From positions 1 through 44,301 of the forward strand of contig CAYRQY010000003.1 in assembly GCA_964426435.1 (NCBI GenBank): DNA of 44,301 nt, given 5' to 3'. This document shows positions 27,318 through 36,313 of this stretch, one piece after another (position 1 is the first letter of the stretch; each line of letters opens with the position of its first letter). This stretch comes from an uncultured Rikenellaceae bacterium (GTDB lineage Bacteria; Bacteroidota; Bacteroidia; Bacteroidales; VadinHA17). The notes below the pieces were generated by a model. The model saw only the letters and a program-made list of their open reading frames with translations. It did no database searches and was not told where the DNA came from. A program made the position numbers and the translations under genes.

Positions 27318-29096
27318 ATGGAAAGCAGAAAGATCCTGAAAAGCGGCGAATTTCTGGTAGCTGAAATTGAAGCAAAAGACACCTTTATCCCGGAGGAATT
27401 TAACGAGGAGCAGAGAATGATTGCTCAGACCTGCCGTGATTTTCTTGAGGCAGAGGTTTATCCGGCAATGACAGCCCTGGAGAAGGGCGACAGGGAGCTG
27501 ATGAAGGAGATCCTTAAGAAGTCGGGAGAACTTGGGTTGATGGGGATATCGGTACCGGAAGAGTACGGAGGATTCGGACAGTCGTTTGTAACCCAGATGC
27601 TCACTGCTGAAACGACAGGAGCGGGATTTTCATTCTCGGTAGCCTATATGGCTCACTGCGGAATAGGCACACTGCCGATACTCTATTACGGAAACGAAGA
27701 CCAGCGTCAGCGGTATGTTACCAGGCTGGCGACGGGAGAGCTTCTCGGTGCGTACTGCCTTACGGAACCGGGTGCCGGAAGCGATGCCAACTCAGGCAAG
27801 ACAAGCGCCACACTCTCGGAGGACGGAAAGCATTACATTCTCAACGGGCAGAAGATGTGGATAACCAATGCAGGATTCGCCGATACACTTGTGGTCTTCG
27901 CCAAGATAGACAACGACAGGGTGCTGAGCGCCTTTATAGTTGAAAGCGGAATGCCGGGAGTGGTTATTGGTCCCGATGAACATAAAATGGGTATCAAGGG
28001 CTCTTCCACCGCCCAGATATACTTCACCGACGTAAAGGTACCGGTGGAGAACCTGCTGGGAAAAAGAGGCGAGGGCTTCAGGGTAGCCCTGAGTATACTT
28101 CACATGGGTCGTATCAAGCTGGGAGCCAATGTGCTGGGAGCGGCAAAAAAAGCAATTACCGATTCAGTCAGGTATGCAAATGAGAGAAAGCAGTTCGGCG
28201 TGTTCATATCATCCTTCGGGGCAATCAAACAAAAGCTTGCCGAGCAGGTTATCAGACTCTTTGGATCAGAATCGGCCGTTTACAGGGTAAGCAGGGATAT
28301 TGACGACCTGATGGATATACTTAAAACCGATTGCGGCGATAAGGGCCGTGCAACGATCGAGGCGATCAGCCACTATGCGGTTGAGGCTGCGATACTGAAG
28401 GTAGTGGGCTCGGAGATGCTCGATTACGTGGCTGATGAGGCTGTTCAGATATACGGAGGGATGGGCTATTCGGCAGAGATGGACGTTGAGAGGGGCTACC
28501 GCGATTCGAGGATCAACAGGATATTCGAGGGTACAAACGAGATAAACCGCCTGCTGGTGGCCGATACGGCAATGAAGCGCGCAATGAAGGGTGACTTTGA
28601 CCTTTTCGGCGAAGCAGAGAAAATATACAGTAACCCTGAAAAGGCGGCGGAAGAGACCCCTGAGGGTGAGGATTATTTCGGAGAGAAGAGAAGGTATATA
28701 CGGAACTTTAAAAAGGCTGCCCTGATGATTATCCACGGAGCCGTGGAACATTTCAGGAAGGGCCTTGTCCATGAGCAGGAGGTGCTCAACAATATCGCCG
28801 AAATGATAATGGATCTTTATATATCAGAATCGCTGGCACTGAGGATTGAAAAACTGTCGGCGATGAAAGGCCCTGAAAAAGTCTATCATGATATTCTCGA
28901 TGTGAACATTTATGACACAGCTGCCAGGATAAGAAAGAGTGCAACCGATGCTATCTGGTCATTCCCGTTATCTGATAACACACCCGGACTGCTGAAAGCT
29001 GCAGAGGCTCTGACAAGAGTTGCAGGGGTGAATGTGAAGGATTCCAGGAGGAGGATAGCCGACAGGCTGATTGAGGATAACCAGTACAAATTCTGA
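27318..29096 (+). CDS. Acyl-CoA dehydrogenase, long FadE-like form
   Basis: CLTEPGAGSDA, NGQKMWITN, EHKMGIKGS, ERKQFG, QIYGGMGY, RIFEGTNEINR, plus a C-terminal extension. Confidence 0.95.
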   Translation: MESRKILKSGEFLVAEIEAKDTFIPEEFNEEQRMIAQTCRDFLEAEVYPAMTALEKGDRELMKEILKKSGELGLMGISVPEEYGGFGQSFVTQMLTAETTGAGFSFSVAYMAHCGIGTLPILYYGNEDQRQRYVTRLATGELLGAYCLTEPGAGSDANSGKTSATLSEDGKHYILNGQKMWITNAGFADTLVVFAKIDNDRVLSAFIVESGMPGVVIGPDEHKMGIKGSSTAQIYFTDVKVPVENLLGKRGEGFRVALSILHMGRIKLGANVLGAAKKAITDSVRYANERKQFGVFISSFGAIKQKLAEQVIRLFGSESAVYRVSRDIDDLMDILKTDCGDKGRATIEAISHYAVEAAILKVVGSEMLDYVADEAVQIYGGMGYSAEMDVERGYRDSRINRIFEGTNEINRLLVADTAMKRAMKGDFDLFGEAEKIYSNPEKAAEETPEGEDYFGEKRRYIRNFKKAALMIIHGAVEHFRKGLVHEQEVLNNIAEMIMDLYISESLALRIEKLSAMKGPEKVYHDILDVNIYDTAARIRKSATDAIWSFPLSDNTPGLLKAAEALTRVAGVNVKDSRRRIADRLIEDNQYKF

Positions 29097-29177
29097 ACCT
29101 CCCCGGCTGCTAAGGCCAAAAAATGATATCTTGCAGGAAGATTTCAGCCGGCTTCCAGGCTTTACAATTGTATCATT

Positions 29178-32100
29178 ATGAAGATAATCAAGTTTCTGTT
29201 TTCTCCCCTTTTCATGGGGATACTGCTGTTTGTATTCGGCGCTTCAATGGCGGCTGCAACATTTATCGGGAATGATTACGGCCTTCCTGCCGCGTATGAT
29301 TTTGTTTACAGTGCAAAATGGTTTGAGCTGATAATATTGCTCCTTGCTGTCAATATGGCGGGACAGACAATCTCGCTGAAGCTTTACAGAACCAACAGGC
29401 TTCCCGTGTTCCTTTTCCACATCTCATTCGTAATTATTATTGCAGGAGCAGGGATTACAAGGTACACCGGCTGGGAAGGAACCATTCATATCCGTGAGGG
29501 TGAGACGGAAAGCAGGTGTTTCTCTTCTGAACGATACATCAGTTTCAGCCTGAAAGATCCGGAAGGGGCTTTGATAACATCCGGATCGGACAAATATTCA
29601 ATGACATCCGTTTCGGCCGACAGGTTCAGGAAAAGGTTCAGTGCCGGAACCAATGATTATGAGATCGTTCTTGCGCGCATAATGCCGAATGCCTCTGAGA
29701 TGGTGGTTGAAAGTGAAGGGGGAGAACCAATGGTCTCAATGCTGGTCTCCGGAGAGGATACCGGAAGGGAGATGGTTTTACTGCGAAAAGGGGAACAGGT
29801 TACGGTTTTTGGTCTTAAAGTGGGATTTATGTCGGGGGGCGATACGGATGTAACCATAACAGCAGACAGCGCATCTTTCTGGTTTTCGTCGGTTTACGGA
29901 GCTGAAGAAACAGGCATGATGACAGGCGAGAAACGCCATGTTTCGCCCGGGGAGCTTTTACCGCTCCAGAGAATGACGGTGATCGCAGTAAACAACCTGA
30001 GACTGGTGCCTCAGGAGATGTCGCTTTCAGCAGTAACCAGGGTTCTGCCCGGAGGAATGGCCAGGGAGCAGTCGGGCAGGAACTATTTCCTTTTTGATGT
30101 CTCTTCGGGTACTGAAAGCACAACACTCTATCTCCGCGAGGGAAATGTTAGGGAAATTTCCTCGGTCAGTGCAAATATAGGAGGGAACACCCTTGAGCTG
30201 ACATATGGACCTGAAATGAGAGTTCTTCCGTTCAGTCTGAAGCTCAATGAGTTCATCCTCGAAAGGTACCCCGGATCGGAAAGCCCGTCGGGTTACAGGA
30301 GTGAGATCACTCTTACCGACAGTGAAAACAATATTGAAAGACCTTATTCGATTTATATGAATAACGTCCTGAAATACAGAGGTTACAGGTTCTACCAGTC
30401 CTCTTACGACATTGATGAAAAGGGCACGATTCTCTCGGTCAATAACGATACGGCAGGCATGCTGGTGACGTACACCGGTTATTCATTGCTGTTCTTTTTC
30501 ATCATTATGTCGCTGCTGAACAGGAAATCTCTTTTTCACAGGATTAACCCCGTATACTGGGACTCGGCACTGCGCAGGGCAGCCGCTGCAGCAGTACTGA
30601 TGATACTGGTGTCGGGACTTTCGGTAGCCAGTGCCCAGAGGCTTGTTCCTGACAGGGCAGGTGCAGAGGAGTTTGGCAAGGTGCTCGTTCAGGACTATAA
30701 GGGCAGGACCAAGCCGCTGATGACTCTGAGCAGCGACATAATGAGAAAGGTAACCCGCGAGAAGAGGTTCGGCGGCCTCACTCCAATGCAGTTCTTTATG
30801 GGGATATATCTCGATTTTGAGAACTGGAGCGATTACCCCGTCATAAGGATCTCAAACAAAGATCTTCAGAGGGTTCTCAGAATCAGGGGAAACCACGCCT
30901 CATTCAACCAGATGATCGACCCTGATGGCGGAGGAACGTACAGGCTTCTTCACGAAGTTAATGTTGCGTATTCGAAAGCCCCGGGTGAGCGGTCCCGTTT
31001 CGACAAGGAAGTAATGAAGGTTGACGAGAGGGTGAACATAGTCTATATGATCTACTCGGGCTCTTTCCTGAGGATCTTTCCTCTCAGGGATGGGTCGCAC
31101 TCCTGGGGAGCTCCGATGGATGCGCTTAACGCGGCTGCAGGCAGGGAGGATTCCTTATATGTGGCGAACATAATCCCGTCCATGGCCAGGGCTCTCGAAA
31201 CAAAAGACCCGGCACTGGTGAGGAACGTTACAAGATCGCTCGGAGATTATCAAAAGAGATTCACGGAGTACGAGCTTCCCTCAGAACCGAGGATCAGGGC
31301 TGAGATGCTCTATTACAGGCTGAACATATTTGAGAGGCTTTACCCGGTATATGCGGCGGCAGGCACACTCCTGCTGATACTGCTGATAATAATGGTGATA
31401 ACCGGAAAGGGGCGTCCCGGATGGCCTGTAAAGTCCATCGCGCTGGTTCTTTTTGCCGGTTTTCTGCTCCATACATTCGGACTTGGACTCCGGTGGTACA
31501 TTTCAGGCCATTCCCCGATGAGCAACGGTTATGAATCGATGCTGTTCATCTCGTGGGTTACCTTGCTGGCGGGCTTTATCTTCAGCCGGAGATCGCCCTT
31601 CACCCTTCCTGCCACAGGACTGCTGGCATCTTTTGCATTGCTTGTTGCCCATATGAGCTTTATGGACCCGGAGATAACCAACCTTGTACCAGTACTTAAA
31701 TCATACTGGCTCACCCTTCATGTTTCAGTAATAACAGGCAGTTACGGATTCTTCGGACTAGGGGCTCTGCTGGCACTCATCAACATGGTGCTCATGATCC
31801 TGGCAACAGGGAGGAACAGGGAGCGGATATCCGGGAATATCGATGCGCTGACAGTGATTTGTTACAAAACACTCACCCTTGGCCTCTATTTCCTGACGGC
31901 GGGCACCTTCCTGGGGGCGATATGGGCAAATGAATCGTGGGGCAGGTACTGGGGCTGGGACCCGAAAGAAACATGGTCGCTGATCACAATAATTGTCTAT
32001 ACACTGGTGATCCATTCCAGGATGATCCCCGGGATGAAGGAGATATTCACTTTCAACCTACTTGCACTTTTTGCCTTCTTCTCTGTACTGATGACATATT

Positions 32101-32279
32101 TCGGAGTGAATTACTATTTGTCAGGCCTTCACTCCTATGCAGGCGGTGATGCCATACATATACCAGTATTTGTGTACATAGCGGTACTGACCCTTTTCGC
32201 GGTTTCAGTTGCAGCTAACCTCAGGTACAGAAGATTTGAAGTGCCTGCGGATAATCGAAAGAGCAACAGTGCCGGTTAA
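29178..32279 (+). CDS. ccsA: Fused system II cytochrome c synthase (CcsB/ResB + CcsA)
   Basis: ResB-like N-terminus (FLFHISF, YMNNVL...GYRFYQSSYD) and WWD domain WANESWGRYWGWDPKETW, LHV, GLHSYA. Confidence 0.93.
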   Translation: MKIIKFLFSPLFMGILLFVFGASMAAATFIGNDYGLPAAYDFVYSAKWFELIILLLAVNMAGQTISLKLYRTNRLPVFLFHISFVIIIAGAGITRYTGWEGTIHIREGETESRCFSSERYISFSLKDPEGALITSGSDKYSMTSVSADRFRKRFSAGTNDYEIVLARIMPNASEMVVESEGGEPMVSMLVSGEDTGREMVLLRKGEQVTVFGLKVGFMSGGDTDVTITADSASFWFSSVYGAEETGMMTGEKRHVSPGELLPLQRMTVIAVNNLRLVPQEMSLSAVTRVLPGGMAREQSGRNYFLFDVSSGTESTTLYLREGNVREISSVSANIGGNTLELTYGPEMRVLPFSLKLNEFILERYPGSESPSGYRSEITLTDSENNIERPYSIYMNNVLKYRGYRFYQSSYDIDEKGTILSVNNDTAGMLVTYTGYSLLFFFIIMSLLNRKSLFHRINPVYWDSALRRAAAAAVLMILVSGLSVASAQRLVPDRAGAEEFGKVLVQDYKGRTKPLMTLSSDIMRKVTREKRFGGLTPMQFFMGIYLDFENWSDYPVIRISNKDLQRVLRIRGNHASFNQMIDPDGGGTYRLLHEVNVAYSKAPGERSRFDKEVMKVDERVNIVYMIYSGSFLRIFPLRDGSHSWGAPMDALNAAAGREDSLYVANIIPSMARALETKDPALVRNVTRSLGDYQKRFTEYELPSEPRIRAEMLYYRLNIFERLYPVYAAAGTLLLILLIIMVITGKGRPGWPVKSIALVLFAGFLLHTFGLGLRWYISGHSPMSNGYESMLFISWVTLLAGFIFSRRSPFTLPATGLLASFALLVAHMSFMDPEITNLVPVLKSYWLTLHVSVITGSYGFFGLGALLALINMVLMILATGRNRERISGNIDALTVICYKTLTLGLYFLTAGTFLGAIWANESWGRYWGWDPKETWSLITIIVYTLVIHSRMIPGMKEIFTFNLLALFAFFSVLMTYFGVNYYLSGLHSYAGGDAIHIPVFVYIAVLTLFAVSVAANLRYRRFEVPADNRKSNSAG

Positions 32280-32292
32280 ACGGCGATCGGGT

Positions 32293-34428
32293 TCAGTTCT
32301 TCCTGAAGATACCGGCTATTGTTTTCCCTATCAGATCAACTCTTTCAATGGCTTCGAGAAGAGATGAGTTTGTAAGGTCAGTTTTTTCTTCCAGCACCGA
32401 GAAGGACTGTATGGGATAAATGATCAGGAAATTGTTTTTCGGGAGAAACCTCTCCAGTGTTGTTGATATGTCTGCCATAACAGCCTGGTAAGTAACCTGG
32501 TTCTTTCTGCTGAGGATTATTATAATATTGTCATCATTTCTGATCTGACGGGTTAAATCGGGGAATTGATTCCAGTCGTCGAACAGGTTGAATTCTGAAT
32601 CAATAGGGTGTTTGAGGTTGACCTCCTGCAGAATCTCATTCGTTTTGCCGGATGAATAGAAAGTCATTCTCGCACCGGTATTATGGGCTATGTTCCAGAT
32701 TTTTGCCAGCCAGAAAGAGAATCCCGGTTCATTCTCGGCGTTCTCCGGGATAACTACGAAATGACGCCTTATTGTTGAGATTGGTTGAAATGGGTGATAT
32801 ATGTATGTGGTAAAATTGCTCTTTGAGAGAATATCTTCGGTAAGATTACCAAGGAAGGAATCCGAAACATCTCCTTTCACATGAATCCCCAGAATCAGGT
32901 CTGTGATATTGTTCTCCTTGATAAAATGCGTAATGCCGTTAGCCAGGTTCAGATCGTACCGCAGGGTGGTTTTCATTCTTATATCCACTGCAGATGCGGC
33001 AACCGTTGCTTTTTCAAGGAGCCTTCCTGCCTTCTGCTCAGCTTCAGGTCCGCCCTTATCTTCTTTAATGACATTCAGTGCATAGAGGCCGTCGCGGTTC
33101 CGCTTTGATTTTAATATGGTACATAAGTTTACCAGCTCATCGATGGTGTTCGGATTACTCACGGGAATCAGAATTCTTTCAGTATTTTCATATGACTCTT
33201 CATCAGACAGTTCAGAGAGTGCAATTTTCTGAGCATTCCGCTGCGTAGTAAATGAAGCAATGGTGCATGTAGCCAGGATCATAACGATTGTGCCGTTGAG
33301 GATGCTGTCGTGTAGAAGCCTGATTGGCTCACCGTTCTCATTATATCCCGTTATGATGTTATACCCTACCATTACGGCCGCCAGAGTAGCCGCTGCCTGT
33401 GAGTTTGTCAGGCCGAAGATCAGCATACGCTCATCCCTGCTGAATCTGAAACTCTTCTGTGCAAGCCATGCTGAAATAAATTTTGCGGCAGTGGCTGTAA
33501 CAGACATAACCAAAGCTACAAACAGAGTGTTAATGCTTAAGAATGCCCTGTAGTCGATGAGCATCCCCACGCCAATCAGGAAGAAAGGGATGAAGATGGC
33601 ATTTCCCACGAAACCGATCCTGTTCATCAGCGGCGATGTCCGGGGAATAAGCCGGTTTAATGCCAATCCTGCCATGAAGGCCCCGATTATTGCCTCAATA
33701 CCGGCAAATCCCGAGAGCACGGCTCCGAAGAAAACCAGTACAAGTACAAAGATATATTGGGAAACACTATCGCTGTAGCGTTTAAAGAACCACCTGGAGA
33801 TAATGGGAAACAGGAAGATAATAACCGAAGAAAATGCAATAAACGAAAGCAGGAGCTTCACCCAGAAAGCATTATTCAGCTCACCCCTGGTGAATCCGAC
33901 AATGGCAGCCAGGACAGTAAGCGCCAGTACATTTGTGATCAGGGTACTGCCAACGGAAACATTTACAGCTCTGTTCTTTGAGATTCCGAATTTGCTTACA
34001 ATGGGGTAGGTGATCAGGGTATGCGATGCAAACATGCTTGCAAGCAGAACAGATGTAACGACTGAGAAATTAAGAACATACATGCATGCCAGTGTTCCGA
34101 GAACCATTGGTATGATAAACCCGTAAAGGCCCAGAACCAAACCTTTACCCGCATTCTTCCTGAAATAATTCATGTCGATTTCCAGGCCTGCAAGAAACAT
34201 GATATACAACAGTCCCGCAGTACCTGAGAGAATAATGCTGCTGTCGCGCGATATCAGGTTAAACCCTGATGGTCCGATGATGATGCCGGCCAGGATCATG
34301 CCGAGGAGGTGGGGGATCCTGATTTTATCGGACACTATCGGTATAACCAGAATAACCAGAAGAATTACCAGGAACTTCAGTACGGGGTCTGTCAGAGGCA
34401 GCTGTAAGCCGGAGATGGCAGGAATCAT
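32293..34428 (-). CDS. CPA2 cation:proton antiporter with C-terminal USP-like domains
   Basis: About 12 TM with YIMFLAGLEID, IIGAFMAGLALN and FIPFFLIGVGM. Soluble tail begins ERILIPVSNP. Confidence 0.9.
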   Translation of the reverse strand: MIPAISGLQLPLTDPVLKFLVILLVILVIPIVSDKIRIPHLLGMILAGIIIGPSGFNLISRDSSIILSGTAGLLYIMFLAGLEIDMNYFRKNAGKGLVLGLYGFIIPMVLGTLACMYVLNFSVVTSVLLASMFASHTLITYPIVSKFGISKNRAVNVSVGSTLITNVLALTVLAAIVGFTRGELNNAFWVKLLLSFIAFSSVIIFLFPIISRWFFKRYSDSVSQYIFVLVLVFFGAVLSGFAGIEAIIGAFMAGLALNRLIPRTSPLMNRIGFVGNAIFIPFFLIGVGMLIDYRAFLSINTLFVALVMSVTATAAKFISAWLAQKSFRFSRDERMLIFGLTNSQAAATLAAVMVGYNIITGYNENGEPIRLLHDSILNGTIVMILATCTIASFTTQRNAQKIALSELSDEESYENTERILIPVSNPNTIDELVNLCTILKSKRNRDGLYALNVIKEDKGGPEAEQKAGRLLEKATVAASAVDIRMKTTLRYDLNLANGITHFIKENNITDLILGIHVKGDVSDSFLGNLTEDILSKSNFTTYIYHPFQPISTIRRHFVVIPENAENEPGFSFWLAKIWNIAHNTGARMTFYSSGKTNEILQEVNLKHPIDSEFNLFDDWNQFPDLTRQIRNDDNIIIILSRKNQVTYQAVMADISTTLERFLPKNNFLIIYPIQSFSVLEEKTDLTNSSLLEAIERVDLIGKTIAGIFRKN

Positions 34429-34446
34429 ACTTTGATTTTAAAACCG

Positions 34447-34454
34447 CAAAGGTA
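34447..34454 (-). promoter_or_regulatory. -7 promoter element of the antiporter
   Basis: TACCTTTG, 18 nt upstream of the ATG. Confidence 0.7.
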
Positions 34455-34472
34455 GTGAATTGGTAAAATTAT

Positions 34473-34569
34473 GCGATCCCTTTGGGGGGAGCCGACAAGT
34501 AAAAAAGTAGTCCGCGTATTTCCGGGATTGCCATCTCGCTTTGCTTCGATGGCGATCCCTTTGGGGGGA
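34473..34569. repeat. 18-bp perfect direct repeat pair flanking a hairpin
   Basis: GCGATCCCTTTGGGGGGA at 34473-34490 and 34552-34569. Hairpin GCCATC...GATGGC at 34530-34553. Confidence 0.85.
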
Positions 34570-34574
34570 CTTCA

Positions 34575-34704
34575 GACAGAAAAAGCCTTCAATTCGCTTC
34601 GCTCATTATGGTCTTTATTTTTTCATGCGCTTATGAAAGCAAGCTTTCAACGCTTTGAAAAAACAAAGCCCTCCCGCCTTTCGGCGGGGAAGGCTTTTTC
34701 TGTC
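34575..34704 (-). repeat. 130-bp element bounded by 16-bp perfect inverted repeats (MITE-like or structured RNA), directly 3' of tRNA-His
   Basis: GACAGAAAAAGCCTTC (34575-90) / GAAGGCTTTTTCTGTC (34689-704), with three internal hairpins. Confidence 0.75.
34658..34697 (-). terminator. Intrinsic terminator downstream of tRNA-His
   Basis: Minus strand reads AAAGCCTTCCCCGCC-GAAA-GGCGGGAGGGCTTT followed by GTTTTTT. Confidence 0.7.
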
Positions 34705-34706
34705 CG

Positions 34707-34781
34707 GGTGGAAGATGGGATTCGAACCCACGACCTTCGGAACCACAATCCGACGTTCTAACCGACTGAACTACATCCACC
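34707..34781 (-). tRNA. tRNA-His (GTG), with encoded G-1 and C73; CCA not encoded
   Basis: GGTGGATGTAGTTCAGTCGGTTAGAACGTCGGATTGTGGTTCCGAAGGTCGTGGGTTCGAATCCCATCTTCCACC: D-arm, anticodon stem TCGGA/TCCGA around TTGTGGT, TTCGAAT T-loop. Confidence 0.96.
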
Positions 34782-34949
34782 GTTTATGAGCTGCAAAATA
34801 AGCCCAAAAAATCCATTTCGCAAAATTTTAAAATCCTTTTGTCAACGGCCGGTAAAGGCTTTACCTTCACAAATACGCGATAAATGAATATTACTGCACA
34901 ATTTTTGCGGAAATGGGGTGTTATCAGAAAGACTTAACTGAAGAGGATC

Positions 34950-36299
34950 TTGAAGAAGATAAAACTGATTGACAACATTTCGGGACTGCAATCATTTCAG
35001 CTGATGCGTTTCGTTGTATTCCTGATAATCAGTATAGTCTTTACCAAGAGCCACCTGACCAGGGCTGAAATAGGTACATGGGAAATGTTCCTCTTCATAG
35101 CCGGACTGATAAGCTTCTTCTGGGTTACGGGAATAATACAGTCGCTCCTGCCGCTCTATCACCGAAACAGGACATACAGGAAGATCGGACAGAACGGTAC
35201 CGGCAAATCGCCGGAGATTTTCAATGCATTTCTTCTCCTTTGCTTTTTCAGCATTCTCTTTTTTATTTTCGGACACATCCTCAAGCATAATTTCTCTGTA
35301 TTTAATATTTCAGGGAATGCGCCTTTCCTCAATCTTCTGCTCCTGTACATCCTTCTCAGCAATCCTGTTTGCCTGATCGAATATATTTACCTTCTCAACA
35401 ACCGGTCGTACCGTATTTTACAGTACGGGATCTACACCTTTGCCGCCCAGCTGATCCTGGCAATAGCACCGGTGCTTGCAGGTAAGGACATAATATGGTC
35501 TGTTTACGGACTTCTGGCAATTACCGGGGTAAGGTGGATATGGCTGATAATTCTTCTTCGGAGATATACCGAGATGAAGGTCTCGCCTGAATTCATGAAG
35601 GAGCACCTTTACCTCGGAACACCACTTATAATCACCACGCTTATAAGTGGTTCGGCCCAGTATATTGACGGGGTGATTGTATCGGCAGTGTACCGCGATC
35701 CTGCGATGTTTGCCTGGTTCAGGTATGGCGCGAAGGAGTTTCCCCTTGTACTTATGCTGGCCAGCGGGTTAAGCAATGCCATGCTTCCTGAATTCTCGAC
35801 AAGAACCAGGATGAAGGAATCGCTTGCGAAGATCAGGGTGAGGTCCATCCGGCTTATGCATATTTGCTTCCCTGCAACCATGCTCCTTATGCTGTTTGCA
35901 AGATGGATCTTCCCGAGGATGTTTACACCGGAGTTCCAGAAAAGCGCGGATATTTTTCTTATCTACACACTGCTGGTTATCCCCAGGCTGCTCTTTCCGC
36001 AGACCGTCATAATAGGAAGGAAAAAGACCCGGGTAACCCTTGCAAGCGCACTCCTTGAACTGGCTTTAAACATTCCCCTGAGCCTGCTTATGATCAAATG
36101 GGGATACGGGCTTGTGGGAGTTGCACTGGCAACATTCATTGTTTATACGCTAGGCAAGTTCTACCTGGTGGGATACCTGTGGGTTAAGATGAGAATCAGG
36201 CCGGAGGAGTATACTCCTGTTAAACTGTTCCTTCTCTATTCAGTGCTTCTGTCACTCCTGTTTATTCTGATAGACCACAGGGTAATCGATATCCACTAA
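34950..36299 (+). CDS. Wzx/MurJ/MATE-superfamily flippase-like membrane protein
   Basis: About 12-13 hydrophobic segments, a C-terminal LNIPLSLLMI..GYGLVGVALAT typical of MOP-superfamily exporters, TTG start. Confidence 0.75.
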   Translation: MKKIKLIDNISGLQSFQLMRFVVFLIISIVFTKSHLTRAEIGTWEMFLFIAGLISFFWVTGIIQSLLPLYHRNRTYRKIGQNGTGKSPEIFNAFLLLCFFSILFFIFGHILKHNFSVFNISGNAPFLNLLLLYILLSNPVCLIEYIYLLNNRSYRILQYGIYTFAAQLILAIAPVLAGKDIIWSVYGLLAITGVRWIWLIILLRRYTEMKVSPEFMKEHLYLGTPLIITTLISGSAQYIDGVIVSAVYRDPAMFAWFRYGAKEFPLVLMLASGLSNAMLPEFSTRTRMKESLAKIRVRSIRLMHICFPATMLLMLFARWIFPRMFTPEFQKSADIFLIYTLLVIPRLLFPQTVIIGRKKTRVTLASALLELALNIPLSLLMIKWGYGLVGVALATFIVYTLGKFYLVGYLWVKMRIRPEEYTPVKLFLLYSVLLSLLFILIDHRVIDIH

Positions 36300-36313
36300 C
36301 AGAATAGAATCGT

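Noticed and set aside
29103-29151. CCGGCTG/CAGCCGG inverted repeat between the acyl-CoA dehydrogenase and ccsA
   Set aside because: Only 7 bp with a 35-nt loop and no U-tract, so indistinguishable from chance.
34471-34761. 96-aa ORF
   Set aside because: It is antisense to tRNA-His and made of repeat and hairpin sequence, with no protein features.
34708-34780. U-U mismatch in the tRNA-His acceptor stem and missing CCA as signs of a pseudo-tRNA
   Set aside because: All other arms plus G-1/C73 are intact, and non-encoded CCA is common in Bacteroidota. Treated as functional.
34473-34781. Integrated genomic island (attL/attR) at tRNA-His
   Set aside because: No integrase and no duplicated tRNA 3' end was found by eye. 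The neighbouring genes look chromosomal.
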